From an uncultured SAR86 cluster bacterium (GTDB lineage Bacteria; Pseudomonadota; Gammaproteobacteria; Magnimaribacterales; D2472), in NCBI GenBank assembly GCA_902559885.1, contig CACEJU010000002.1, positions 65,055 through 129,054 on the forward strand: DNA of 64,000 nucleotides, given 5' to 3'. Shown here piece by piece: positions 22,082-31,135 of this stretch. Position numbers and translations under genes: made by a program. Positions within the stretch are counted from its first letter, which is position 1. Each line of letters begins with the position of its first letter. Below the pieces are notes generated by a model. That model was not told where the DNA came from, made no database searches, and worked only from the letters and a program-made list of their open reading frames with translations.

Positions 22082-22111
22082 CCCTTGAACTAATTTTTTA
22101 GATCCCTATAT
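22082..22111 (+). promoter_or_regulatory. Sigma32 (heat-shock) promoter of grpE-dnaK-dnaJ
   Basis: CCCTTGAA (22082-22089), a 14-nt spacer, then CCCTATAT (22104-22111). This closely matches the gammaproteobacterial sigma32 consensus CCCTTGAA-N13-15-CCCCATNT and lies 23 nt upstream of the grpE ATG. Confidence 0.7.
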
Positions 22112-22133
22112 ATTCAATATTGGGGTAAAACTA

Positions 22134-22676
22134 ATGGTAAAAAAATCAGATAAAGAAGTTAGTGATGTCGATAATCATGTTCCAGATAAAGATTTGGCTG
22201 GAAAGGATAATGAAACATCATACGAAACTGATAGCTATGAAGAACTTTTAGAAAAAAAAGATAATCTAGAAACCGCTTTATTAAGAGCAAATGCAGATCT
22301 TGATAATGCTCTAAAAAGAACCTTCGCTGAAGTAGAAAAAGCTCATAAATATGGTGTTGAGAAACTTTTAAACGAGCTCTTACCAGTTATTGATAATCTT
22401 GAGCACGCATTAGAAAAATTATCTGATTCAGCATCATCTGATGATAAAGAGGGTATTGAGTTAACTTTAAAATCATTTGAAAAAGCACTTGATAAATTTG
22501 GAATGAGACCCATTTACCCTGAAGGAGAAAATTTTGATCCTGAAAAGCATGAAGCAATATCTATGGAGCAAGATGCTAAAAAGGCAGATGGCTCTATAGG
22601 AAATATCTTTCAAAGAGGATGGGAGCTTCATTCAAGGGTTTTAAGACCTGCAAGGGTTACAGTCATAAAAAATTAG
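22134..22676 (+). CDS. grpE: Nucleotide exchange factor GrpE
   Basis: 180 aa with an acidic N-terminus, a coiled region, and C-terminal GYELHSRVLRPARV-type sequence (GWELHSRVLRPARVTV). Confidence 0.93.
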   Translation: MVKKSDKEVSDVDNHVPDKDLAGKDNETSYETDSYEELLEKKDNLETALLRANADLDNALKRTFAEVEKAHKYGVEKLLNELLPVIDNLEHALEKLSDSASSDDKEGIELTLKSFEKALDKFGMRPIYPEGENFDPEKHEAISMEQDAKKADGSIGNIFQRGWELHSRVLRPARVTVIKN

Positions 22677-22685
22677 AGGTAAAAG

Positions 22686-24602
22686 ATGGCAAAAATTATA
22701 GGAATAGATTTAGGAACAACCAATAGTTGTGTAGCTGTTGTTGAGGCTAAGCAGCAAAAAGTTATTGAGAATGCAGAGGGCGGCAGAACCACTCCTTCAG
22801 TTATTGCATATACAGATAGCGATGAAACATTAGTTGGACTTCCAGCTAAAAGACAAGCAGTTACAAATCCAGAGAATACTCTGTATGCAATCAAAAGATT
22901 AATAGGAAGAACATTTGATGATGAAGTCGTAAAGAAAGATGCAGATATGGTCCCATACAAAATCATCAAGGCTGATAATGGTGATGCTTGGGTTCAGGCT
23001 GGCAATAAAAAATTAGCTCCACCTCAGGTAGCAGCAGAAGTGCTCAAAAAAATGAAAAAAACAGCTGAGGATTATCTTGGTGAAGAGGTTAAAGAAGCAG
23101 TTATTACTGTTCCAGCATATTTTAATGATGCTCAAAGACAAGCTACTAAAGACGCCGGTAAAATCGCAGGTTTAGATGTTAAAAGAATCATTAATGAGCC
23201 CACAGCTGCTGCGCTGGCTTATGGCTTAGACAAAAACAAAGGTGACTCAACTGTAGCTGTATATGATCTTGGTGGAGGTACATTTGATATCTCAATAATT
23301 GAGATATCTGACGTAGATGGTGAGCATCAATTTGAGGTTTTAGCTACTAATGGTGATACATTTTTGGGTGGTGAAGATTTTGACTTAAGACTAATCGATT
23401 ATTTTGTTGACAAGTTTAAAGAAGAATCAGGTTTTGATCTCAAGAGTGACCCACTTGCATTGCAAAGATTGAAAGAAGCGGCAGAAAAAGCAAAGATTGA
23501 GTTATCTTCGTCTGAACAGACAGAAGTTAACCTACCTTATATAACTGCAGATAGTTCAGGACCAAAACACTTTGTTCATAAAATAACTCGTGCAAAATTA
23601 GAGTCACTTGTTGAAGATTTAGTTGAAAAAAGTCTTGCTCCAGTAAAACAAGCTTTAAAGGATGCTGATTTGTCTCAGAATGAAATCACAGAAGTTCTTC
23701 TAGTTGGAGGTCAGACTAGAATGCCACTTGTGCAAAAGAAAGTTGCAGAATACTTTGGTAAAGAGGCTAGAAAAGACTTAAATCCAGATGAAGCAGTTGC
23801 TGTTGGAGCTGCAATTCAAGGTTCTGTTCTGTCTGGCGATACTACAGATGTTCTTTTACTTGATGTTACTCCTTTAACATTGGGAATAGAGACTTTAGGC
23901 GGTGTTTCAACTCCTTTGATTGAAAAAAATACTACGATTCCTACACAGAAATCTCAAGTTTTCTCAACAGCCGAGGATAATCAAACTGCTGTAACTGTTC
24001 ATGTTATTCAAGGTGAAAGGCCTCAGGCTTCTCAAAATAAATCCCTTGGACAATTTAATTTAACTGATTTGCCACCTGCTCCAAGAGGAACTCCTCAAAT
24101 AGAGGTGTCTTTTGATTTAGATGCGAATGGCATTTTAAATGTTTCTGCTAAGGATAAAAATACTGGAAAAGAGCAATCAATTGTAATCAAAGCCTCAAGC
24201 GGTTTATCAGATGATGATATTGAAAAAATGATAAAAGATGCTGAAGCCAACGCTGAAGAAGATAAGAAGTTTGAAGATTTGGTTAAAACAAAAAATAATG
24301 CAGATATGCTTGTTCATGCTACAAGAAAAACAATTAGTGAATCAGGCGATAAACTTGATGAAGGAGAAAAAGAAAGCATTGAGGCATGTGTAAAAGATCT
24401 AGAGGCAGCAATTGCTGAAGAAAATATTGAAAACATTGAAAGTGCTACAAAAGCTTTAAATGATGTTTTAACTCCTCTTACTCAAAAGTTATATTCTCAA
24501 GATGGTGCCGAAACAAATCCATCTGAGGATGCTCAAACAGAATCAACTGATAATACTGTTGATGCTGAATACGAAGAAGTAAAAGAAGAAGATAAAAATT
24601 AG
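22686..24602 (+). CDS. dnaK: Chaperone DnaK (Hsp70)
   Basis: 638 aa with [25 protein letters not shown] and [11 protein letters not shown]. Confidence 0.97.
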   Translation: MAKIIGIDLGTTNSCVAVVEAKQQKVIENAEGGRTTPSVIAYTDSDETLVGLPAKRQAVTNPENTLYAIKRLIGRTFDDEVVKKDADMVPYKIIKADNGDAWVQAGNKKLAPPQVAAEVLKKMKKTAEDYLGEEVKEAVITVPAYFNDAQRQATKDAGKIAGLDVKRIINEPTAAALAYGLDKNKGDSTVAVYDLGGGTFDISIIEISDVDGEHQFEVLATNGDTFLGGEDFDLRLIDYFVDKFKEESGFDLKSDPLALQRLKEAAEKAKIELSSSEQTEVNLPYITADSSGPKHFVHKITRAKLESLVEDLVEKSLAPVKQALKDADLSQNEITEVLLVGGQTRMPLVQKKVAEYFGKEARKDLNPDEAVAVGAAIQGSVLSGDTTDVLLLDVTPLTLGIETLGGVSTPLIEKNTTIPTQKSQVFSTAEDNQTAVTVHVIQGERPQASQNKSLGQFNLTDLPPAPRGTPQIEVSFDLDANGILNVSAKDKNTGKEQSIVIKASSGLSDDDIEKMIKDAEANAEEDKKFEDLVKTKNNADMLVHATRKTISESGDKLDEGEKESIEACVKDLEAAIAEENIENIESATKALNDVLTPLTQKLYSQDGAETNPSEDAQTESTDNTVDAEYEEVKEEDKN

Positions 24603-24613
24603 ATCTCTTTAAA

Positions 24614-25714
24614 ATGTCTAAAAGGGATTATTACGAAGTTTTAGAGGTTGGTAAATCAGCATCAGCCTCTGAACTAAAAAAGGCTTTTAAGAAAAAAGCC
24701 ATGAAATATCATCCTGATAGAAATCCAGACAATCCTGAGGCTGCTGAAAAGTTTAAAGAGGCTGCTGAAGCATATGATGTTTTATCGGATCCACAAAAAA
24801 AGGGTGCTTATGATCAATTTGGACATCAAGGTGTTGAGGGTATGGGGGCTGGTGGCCCAAATTTTAATGACTTCAATATCAATGACATTTTTGGCGACAT
24901 TTTTGGCGATGTTTTTGGTACCAGGTCTAGCTCTAGGAGAGTAAGAAGAGGCTCAGATCTTCAATATAATTTAGAGCTAAATTTGAGAGAAGCAGTTCAA
25001 GGCGAGCAAAAGAAAATTAAGATACCTGTCCACAATGAGTGTGATGTATGTTTTGGATCTGGAGCAAAGCCAGGCACTAGTCCTACAACTTGTCCTTCAT
25101 GTAATGGATCAGGCCAAGTAAGAATGCAGCAGGGCTTTTTTTCAATACAGCAAACATGTTCAACATGTAGTGGCGAAGGAAAAATTATCAAGGATAAGTG
25201 TACCAACTGTAATGGAGCCGGTGCAGTTAAAGAAACCAAAACGCTTTCAGTAAATATTCCAGCCGGAGTAGACAATGGCGATAAAGTTAGATTAGCTGGA
25301 AAAGGTGAATGGTTAAAGGGTGGAACACCCGGAGATCTTTATGTAGCAATAAGAGTTCAGCCACACCCATTCTTTGAAAGAGATGGAAAAGATCTTTATC
25401 TTGAAGTCCCCATAACTTTTGAAAAGTCGATAATAGGTGGCTCAATAGAGATACCAACATTAGATAACCCAATATCACTTAAGATACCAAAACAAACTCA
25501 AACTGGTAAAGTTTTTAGAATTAGAGGAAAGGGCGCATCGTCGGTAAGAGATTCAAGGAGGGGTGATATATTATGCAGAGTGATAGTGGAAACTCCATCA
25601 AATCTTGATAGAAAGCAAATAAAACTTTTAAATGAATTCACTGCATCTCTTAAATTTGATAAAAACTATCCTGGATCTGATGCATTTAAGAAAGCTTCAG
25701 ACAAACTTGACTAG
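24614..25714 (+). CDS. dnaJ: Chaperone DnaJ
   Basis: 366 aa with a J domain (KYHPDRN), a G/F region and four CxxCxGxG zinc motifs. Confidence 0.96.
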   Translation: MSKRDYYEVLEVGKSASASELKKAFKKKAMKYHPDRNPDNPEAAEKFKEAAEAYDVLSDPQKKGAYDQFGHQGVEGMGAGGPNFNDFNINDIFGDIFGDVFGTRSSSRRVRRGSDLQYNLELNLREAVQGEQKKIKIPVHNECDVCFGSGAKPGTSPTTCPSCNGSGQVRMQQGFFSIQQTCSTCSGEGKIIKDKCTNCNGAGAVKETKTLSVNIPAGVDNGDKVRLAGKGEWLKGGTPGDLYVAIRVQPHPFFERDGKDLYLEVPITFEKSIIGGSIEIPTLDNPISLKIPKQTQTGKVFRIRGKGASSVRDSRRGDILCRVIVETPSNLDRKQIKLLNEFTASLKFDKNYPGSDAFKKASDKLD

Positions 25715-25716
25715 AA

Positions 25717-26361
25717 ATGAAAGCGGTTTTTATTAATGGTGCAACTGGAAAAATGGGTACTGAGGTTTTTTCATTATTAGAGAATGATAAAAATTTTAAA
25801 GCATCCGATTCAATTAAGACAGCGGACCTTATAATTGATTTCTCTCGACCAGAATCAACAATTAAAATACTTAAAACAGCAGTGGAGTTAAATATTCCAA
25901 TAATTATTGGAACTACTGGCTTCAACAAAAATGAGCTTAATCAAATAAAAAAAGCCTCTGATCACATTCCAATCTTACTTTCCTATAATCTTAGTACAGG
26001 AATTCATAAGCTTAAAAAAATATTAATAAATTTTCTTTCAGACAACAATGATTTATTTGATTGCAAGATAATAGATATTCATCATAAAAATAAAATTGAT
26101 TCACCTTCTGGAACAGCAATTGAAATTAAAAAAATAATTGATAGTAACAGCAATAATAAAATTAAAAGCATAGATATAGATTCTTTTAGAGAGGGAGAGT
26201 TTTATGGAATTCATGAAATTATTTTTTCTAACGAAAAACAAACTATAAATTTTAAACACGAAGCTTTATCTAGAAAAATATTTGCTGCAGGAGCGGTAGA
26301 GCAAATAGGTAAAATTATTACAAAATCCCCAGGACTTTATGATCTAAATTCTATTAATTAA
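25717..26361 (+). CDS. dapB: 4-hydroxy-tetrahydrodipicolinate reductase (short form)
   Basis: 214 aa with GATGKMG, DFSRPE, IGTTGF and HHKNKIDSPSGTA. This is shorter than the roughly 270-aa E. coli enzyme, but the motifs are intact. Confidence 0.85.
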   Translation: MKAVFINGATGKMGTEVFSLLENDKNFKASDSIKTADLIIDFSRPESTIKILKTAVELNIPIIIGTTGFNKNELNQIKKASDHIPILLSYNLSTGIHKLKKILINFLSDNNDLFDCKIIDIHHKNKIDSPSGTAIEIKKIIDSNSNNKIKSIDIDSFREGEFYGIHEIIFSNEKQTINFKHEALSRKIFAAGAVEQIGKIITKSPGLYDLNSIN

Positions 26362-26436
26362 TATGCAAATATTAAAAGGAAAAAACTTTTAAAAGATATT
26401 AATTTTCTATAGAATACAACAACTTAAAAATACGAC

Positions 26437-26491
26437 GATCCTAGCTATGGTAGAAAATAGGGTGCTTTAAGAAGTTTTTTCTACACGGATC
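26437..26491 (+). promoter_or_regulatory. Structured 5' leader of rpsB-tsf (candidate S2 autoregulatory element)
   Basis: Nested pairings: GATCC (26437-26441) with GGATC (26487-26491), enclosing GTAGAAAA (26450-26457) with TTTTCTAC (26477-26484). It ends 25 nt before the rpsB ATG. Confidence 0.4.
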
Positions 26492-26516
26492 TGAGCAATA
26501 ACCCTAAGGAGAAAAA

Positions 26517-27470
26517 ATGAGCATAGTATCAATCAAAGACCTCTTACATGCAGGGGTTCATTTCGGTCATCAACAAAGATTTTGGAATCCAAAAATGGAT
26601 AAATACATTTTTGATACCAGAAAACAAATTAGTATTATTGATTTGCAGCAAACGCAAGAGCATTTAAATGCTGCTGCTTCAAAAGTCCAAGATATTTGTT
26701 CGAAAGGTAACAAAATATTATTTGTTGGGACAAAAAGATCTGCAAGCAAGGTAATTAAACAAGAGGCATCTGCACTTGGTCTGCCTTATGTAGACAAAAG
26801 ATGGTTAGGAGGGACCTTAACAAATTGGAAAACTATCAGGGGATCAATAAGAAGGTTGTTAGATATTGAAGAAATGATTTCTTCAGGAAGAATTGAAAAG
26901 TTAATAAAGAAAGAGGCTGTTGAGATTCATAAAGAGCATGCAAAATTAGAGGCATCTGTTGGTGGAATAAAACAAATGAAGGGATTGCCAGATGCTTTAT
27001 TTGTAATAGACGTTAAGTATGAAAAAATAGCTGTTCTTGAAGCAAGAAAGATGGGTATACCTGTAATAGCACTCGTTGATACAAATTCAGATCCAGATGG
27101 AATTGATACAGTAATTCCAGGAAATGATGACGCAATAAGATCAATTAAACTCATTACAAAAGTCATATCGGATGCATGCGCTCGTGGCTTAGAGTCCTCC
27201 TCAGGTTTTGTGCCATCAAAAGATTCAGAAACTCCTATAATACAAAAAGTTAAAAAAGAAGAAGTTACAGCAGAGGTAACTGAAGAAGCACCAGAAGAAA
27301 GCAAGGAAGTTTCTGCTGAAACATCAGACTCAATTGAAAATACTAAACAAGTAGAAGAAGAAAAAGCTGCTGATGCTGTTGAGTCATCTCAAGAAAGTGA
27401 TCAAGAACAAGATGATGTGGCTGATGAAAATACTAGTAATGATGAAGAAAATAACGAAGAGGAAAAATAA
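26517..27470 (+). CDS. rpsB: 30S ribosomal protein S2 with a long acidic C-terminal extension
   Basis: 317 aa. The S2 core (LLHAGVHFGHQQRFWNPKM..., GGTLTNW) is followed by roughly 90 Glu/Asp/Ser-rich residues. Confidence 0.95.
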   Translation: MSIVSIKDLLHAGVHFGHQQRFWNPKMDKYIFDTRKQISIIDLQQTQEHLNAAASKVQDICSKGNKILFVGTKRSASKVIKQEASALGLPYVDKRWLGGTLTNWKTIRGSIRRLLDIEEMISSGRIEKLIKKEAVEIHKEHAKLEASVGGIKQMKGLPDALFVIDVKYEKIAVLEARKMGIPVIALVDTNSDPDGIDTVIPGNDDAIRSIKLITKVISDACARGLESSSGFVPSKDSETPIIQKVKKEEVTAEVTEEAPEESKEVSAETSDSIENTKQVEEEKAADAVESSQESDQEQDDVADENTSNDEENNEEEK

Positions 27471-28324
27471 TGGAGATTACAGCTGCATTAGTTAAAGAAT
27501 TAAGAGAAAAATCAGGTGTAGCAATGATGGATTGCAAAAAAGCACTTGTTGAATGCGATGGTGACATAGAAAAAGCTTTCGATTTATTAAGATCAAATAG
27601 CGCTCTTAAAGCTGAAAAAAAAGCAGGAAGAGTAGCTGCTGATGGGGTTATAAAGGCATTTGCTTGCGATACATATGCCTCTTTAGTTGAGATTAATACT
27701 GAAACAGACTTTGCTGCAAAAGATAGTAGTTTTATTGATTTTACAAATGATGTTGAAGAAACAATTTCAAATCAACAATTTGATTCAATAGACTCGCTCA
27801 TGGAGACAGGTCTCGAGGAAAAGAGAAAAACTCTAGTTCAATCTATCGGTGAGAATATCCAAGTTAGAAAAATTGAAACCTTAAGCTTTAATTCTGCAAA
27901 TGTTGGCTTATATGTTCATTCTGATTCAAAGCTTGCCGCCATGGCAGTTCTCGAAGGTGGAGATGAAACATTAGCTAAAGATATAGCAATGCATATTTCA
28001 GCTACAAACCCTTTATGTTTAACCTCAGAGGATGTTGATAAAGAGGTTTATGAAAGAGAAAGAGCAATCTATGTTAGCCAAGCTGAAGAATCAGGTAAGC
28101 CTCAAGAAATTATGGATAAGATCATAGATGGAAAAATGAAAAGATTTTTATCTGAAATATCATTAGTTTCACAATCATTTATTAAAGATCCTGATAAAAC
28201 TATCGATCAGTTATTAAATGAAAATAATGCAAAAATAGTTTCATTTATAAGATTAAAAGTCGGGGAAGGTATAGAGGTTGAATCTAAAAACTTTGCTGAT
28301 GAGGTAGCAGAACAGTTAAAATAA
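27470..28324 (+). CDS. tsf: Elongation factor Ts
   Basis: 284 aa, ITAALVKELREKSGVAMMDCKKAL.... The start overlaps the rpsB stop (TAATG). Confidence 0.95.
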   Translation: MEITAALVKELREKSGVAMMDCKKALVECDGDIEKAFDLLRSNSALKAEKKAGRVAADGVIKAFACDTYASLVEINTETDFAAKDSSFIDFTNDVEETISNQQFDSIDSLMETGLEEKRKTLVQSIGENIQVRKIETLSFNSANVGLYVHSDSKLAAMAVLEGGDETLAKDIAMHISATNPLCLTSEDVDKEVYERERAIYVSQAEESGKPQEIMDKIIDGKMKRFLSEISLVSQSFIKDPDKTIDQLLNENNAKIVSFIRLKVGEGIEVESKNFADEVAEQLK

Positions 28325-28327
28325 ATT

Positions 28328-29041
28328 ATGCCTGAAGCTAAATACAACAGAGTTCTTCTTAAATTTTCTGGAGAAGCTGTTGCTGGTGATGATGATCATG
28401 GCATAGATCCAAAAATACTTGATCAGATGGCTCAGTCTGTAAAGGTTTCTAAAGAATTAGGTGTTCAGATTGGCGTTGTCATCGGTGGAGGTAATTTATT
28501 TAGAGGTGAAAAACTAAACAAAGCCGGTATGGACAGAGTTGCAGGCGATCATATGGGCATGCTAGCTACTGTTATGAATGGGATTGCATTAAGAGATTCC
28601 CTAGAAAGAGCTGGTGTTAAAACAAGGGTTATGTCTGCAATATCAATAAGTGGTCTTGTCGAACATTATGATAGGCGACTTGCAATACAGCTTTTAAATG
28701 ATGGGTTTGTTGTAATTTTTACTGCCGGTACAGGCAATCCTTTTTTTACTACTGATACTGCTGGTTGTTTAAGAGCAATAGAAACACAATCTGATCTCAT
28801 GCTTAAAGCAACAAGGGTTGATGGAGTATATGACTCAGACCCATTAACAAATCCTAATGCAACATTTTATTCTGAATTAACGTTTGACGAAGCAATTGTA
28901 AAAAACTTAAAAGTTATGGATGCAACATCATTAACTCTTGCTAGAGATCATGGGTTGCCAATTAAAGTTTTCAACGTTAATACAAAAGATGGATTAAAAG
29001 ATATAATCCTAGGTAAGAATTTAGGAACATTAATTTCATAA
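28328..29041 (+). CDS. pyrH: UMP kinase
   Basis: 237 aa with YNRVLLKFSGEA and GGGNLFRG. Confidence 0.95.
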   Translation: MPEAKYNRVLLKFSGEAVAGDDDHGIDPKILDQMAQSVKVSKELGVQIGVVIGGGNLFRGEKLNKAGMDRVAGDHMGMLATVMNGIALRDSLERAGVKTRVMSAISISGLVEHYDRRLAIQLLNDGFVVIFTAGTGNPFFTTDTAGCLRAIETQSDLMLKATRVDGVYDSDPLTNPNATFYSELTFDEAIVKNLKVMDATSLTLARDHGLPIKVFNVNTKDGLKDIILGKNLGTLIS

Positions 29042-29042
29042 T

Positions 29043-29597
29043 ATGAATGACTTAATAAACAATACATCTAATAGAATGCAAAAATCAATTACAGCTTTGA
29101 TTGATGCTTTTAAAAAAATTAGGACTGGACGAGCTAATCCATCAATTTTAGATGATGTAAAAGTTGACTATTATGGAAACCTCACCCCAATCAACCAAAC
29201 ATCAAATATTACAGTTGAAGAAGGACGTTCATTAGCAATTTCTCCGTGGGATAAGTCTCTTATTCCTGAAATAGAAAAAGCTATAATGGGAGCAGATCTT
29301 GGTCTCAATCCAAGTACAAGTGGAGACCTTATCAGGGTAAACATGCCAGTATTAACTGAAGAAACTCGACAACAATATATAAAGCAAGCTCGAGCAGAAG
29401 CTGAGAATGCAAGAATTTCGATTAGGAATATTAGAAGAGATTCTAATCAGAATGCAAAAGATAGTGAATCATCAGGTGAGATATCTCAAGATGATTTAAG
29501 AAGATTAGAAGATAGCATTCAAAAAGAGACAGATAAGTATATATCCATTGTAGATTCTGAGCTTTCAAAAAAAGAGGAAGATCTCATAGAGATTTAG
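29043..29597 (+). CDS. frr: Ribosome recycling factor
   Basis: 184 aa with KIRTGRANPSILD and ...IRNIRRD.... Confidence 0.95.
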   Translation: MNDLINNTSNRMQKSITALIDAFKKIRTGRANPSILDDVKVDYYGNLTPINQTSNITVEEGRSLAISPWDKSLIPEIEKAIMGADLGLNPSTSGDLIRVNMPVLTEETRQQYIKQARAEAENARISIRNIRRDSNQNAKDSESSGEISQDDLRRLEDSIQKETDKYISIVDSELSKKEEDLIEI

Positions 29598-29603
29598 AGC
29601 CAA

Positions 29604-30323
29604 ATGGCTTTGGGTGTTCAATCAAAAAAACCAGAAAATATAGCCATCATCATGGATGGCAACGGTCGTTGGGCTAAGTCACATTCCTTTGAGATAACCA
29701 AAGGGCATAAACGAGGAGTTGAGGTTGTTCGAGAAATTGTTGAAGAGTGCGTATCTCAACATATTAATTCCTTAACATTATTTGCTTTTAGTACTGAAAA
29801 TTGGACAAGGCCTAAAACTGAGATTTCAGGAATTAAAAATTTAATAATTGAAGCCATACATGAACAATTACCAGAACTAGTTGAAAAAAAAGTTAAGCTA
29901 TCTTTTTTTGGAAATTACAGTAAATTTGGATCTAATATTAAAGAAAAAATTCTAGACGCTGAAAAAAAAACATCAAAATATAAAGAAGATCTGAGATTAA
30001 ACATTGCTTTAAGTTATGGTGGCCGTTCAGATATTGTTGAAAGCTGTAAGCAAATAACATCAAGCATTATTTCTGGATCGATGGAAGAGAGCGATATAAA
30101 CGAAGAGTCAATTTTAGAATTTTCACAATGCCCAGAAAATAATATCGATCTATTAATCAGAACTGGTGGAGATCATAGAATTAGCAATTTTTTATTGTAT
30201 CAAGTTGCTTATGCTGAGATTATTTTTTTAGATAAACTTTGGCCAGATTTTACTAAATTAGATTTACAAGATTGTATTAAACAGTTTTCAAAAGTGGAGA
30301 GAAGGTTTGGACAAAGATTATAA
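29604..30323 (+). CDS. uppS: Undecaprenyl diphosphate synthase
   Basis: 239 aa with IIMDGNGRWA and RTGGDHRISNFLLYQ. Confidence 0.94.
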   Translation: MALGVQSKKPENIAIIMDGNGRWAKSHSFEITKGHKRGVEVVREIVEECVSQHINSLTLFAFSTENWTRPKTEISGIKNLIIEAIHEQLPELVEKKVKLSFFGNYSKFGSNIKEKILDAEKKTSKYKEDLRLNIALSYGGRSDIVESCKQITSSIISGSMEESDINEESILEFSQCPENNIDLLIRTGGDHRISNFLLYQVAYAEIIFLDKLWPDFTKLDLQDCIKQFSKVERRFGQRL

Positions 30324-31134
30324 AAATAATTTTCTTAAGCGGTCTTTTACAGCTAGCTTTTTAGCTATTGGGATAGTTACACTCTTTATATTGGATATAT
30401 CAGCAATAATTGAGATATTATTAATTTTCCTGGCAATCATAGCTATGAGAGAGGTTGCTGAAATAAACAAAATTAGTTGCAGAGGTATTAAGACAAGTTA
30501 CATCTGGTTGATAGTTTTAAGCCTTTTCTTGTTTTATTTTGTAAATAGCAATATTATTTTTGGAATATATATTCACTTAAGTAGTCTATTTTGGTTAATT
30601 TTCAGCATTTTTTTGTTCTCAAATAATTTTCAGAAACTTAAGTTCATTTCATTTCAAAACTCATTATTAATTCAATTTCTTTTGACTAGTTTTATAATTT
30701 CTATTCTGTTTGTTTTGATGCTGCCTCAAATCTTTGAATTTAAAAATTCAATATTTATTTTACTTTTGATTACTGTTTCAGCATTAACAGATACTTTTGC
30801 ATATATTGGGGGATCACTAATTGGAAAAACTCCTTTGCTTAAAGAAATTAGTCCAAATAAAACACTAGAGGGCTTCTTTTCAGGCATTATAGCTGCCTTA
30901 ATACTAGGCGCAGTTTTTGTTTACCTATTTGATGACATGAATTTTATATATATTTTTGTCATTGGTTCATTTTTTGCAATAGTAGGAGATTATTTCTTTA
31001 GTTATCTAAAAAGAAAATCTGATATTAAAGATACTGGAAGTATATTACCTGGACATGGCGGCATATTAGATAGAATAGATTCACATATTGCAGCAATCAC
31101 AATAATGATATTTTTAACTTTTTTACTTTATTAA
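30307..31134 (+). CDS. cdsA: Phosphatidate cytidylyltransferase
   Basis: 275 aa polytopic protein with the C-terminal signature SYLKRKSDIKDTGSILPGHGGILDRIDS. The TTG start overlaps uppS by 17 nt, so the start is uncertain. Confidence 0.9.
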   Translation: MDKDYKNNFLKRSFTASFLAIGIVTLFILDISAIIEILLIFLAIIAMREVAEINKISCRGIKTSYIWLIVLSLFLFYFVNSNIIFGIYIHLSSLFWLIFSIFLFSNNFQKLKFISFQNSLLIQFLLTSFIISILFVLMLPQIFEFKNSIFILLLITVSALTDTFAYIGGSLIGKTPLLKEISPNKTLEGFFSGIIAALILGAVFVYLFDDMNFIYIFVIGSFFAIVGDYFFSYLKRKSDIKDTGSILPGHGGILDRIDSHIAAITIMIFLTFLLY

Positions 31135-31135
31135 A

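Noticed and set aside
25717-26361. dapB (214 aa) considered as a truncated pseudogene.
   Set aside because: The frame is uninterrupted and the diagnostic motifs are all present in order (GATGKMG, DFSRPE, IGTTG, HHxxKxDxPSGTA). It looks like a compact functional form.
26381-26396. Weak hairpin (AAAAG-gaaaaaa-CTTTT) after dapB, considered as an intrinsic terminator.
   Set aside because: It is a 5-bp stem made mostly of A:T pairs and would be too unstable to terminate transcription. It is not distinguishable from chance.
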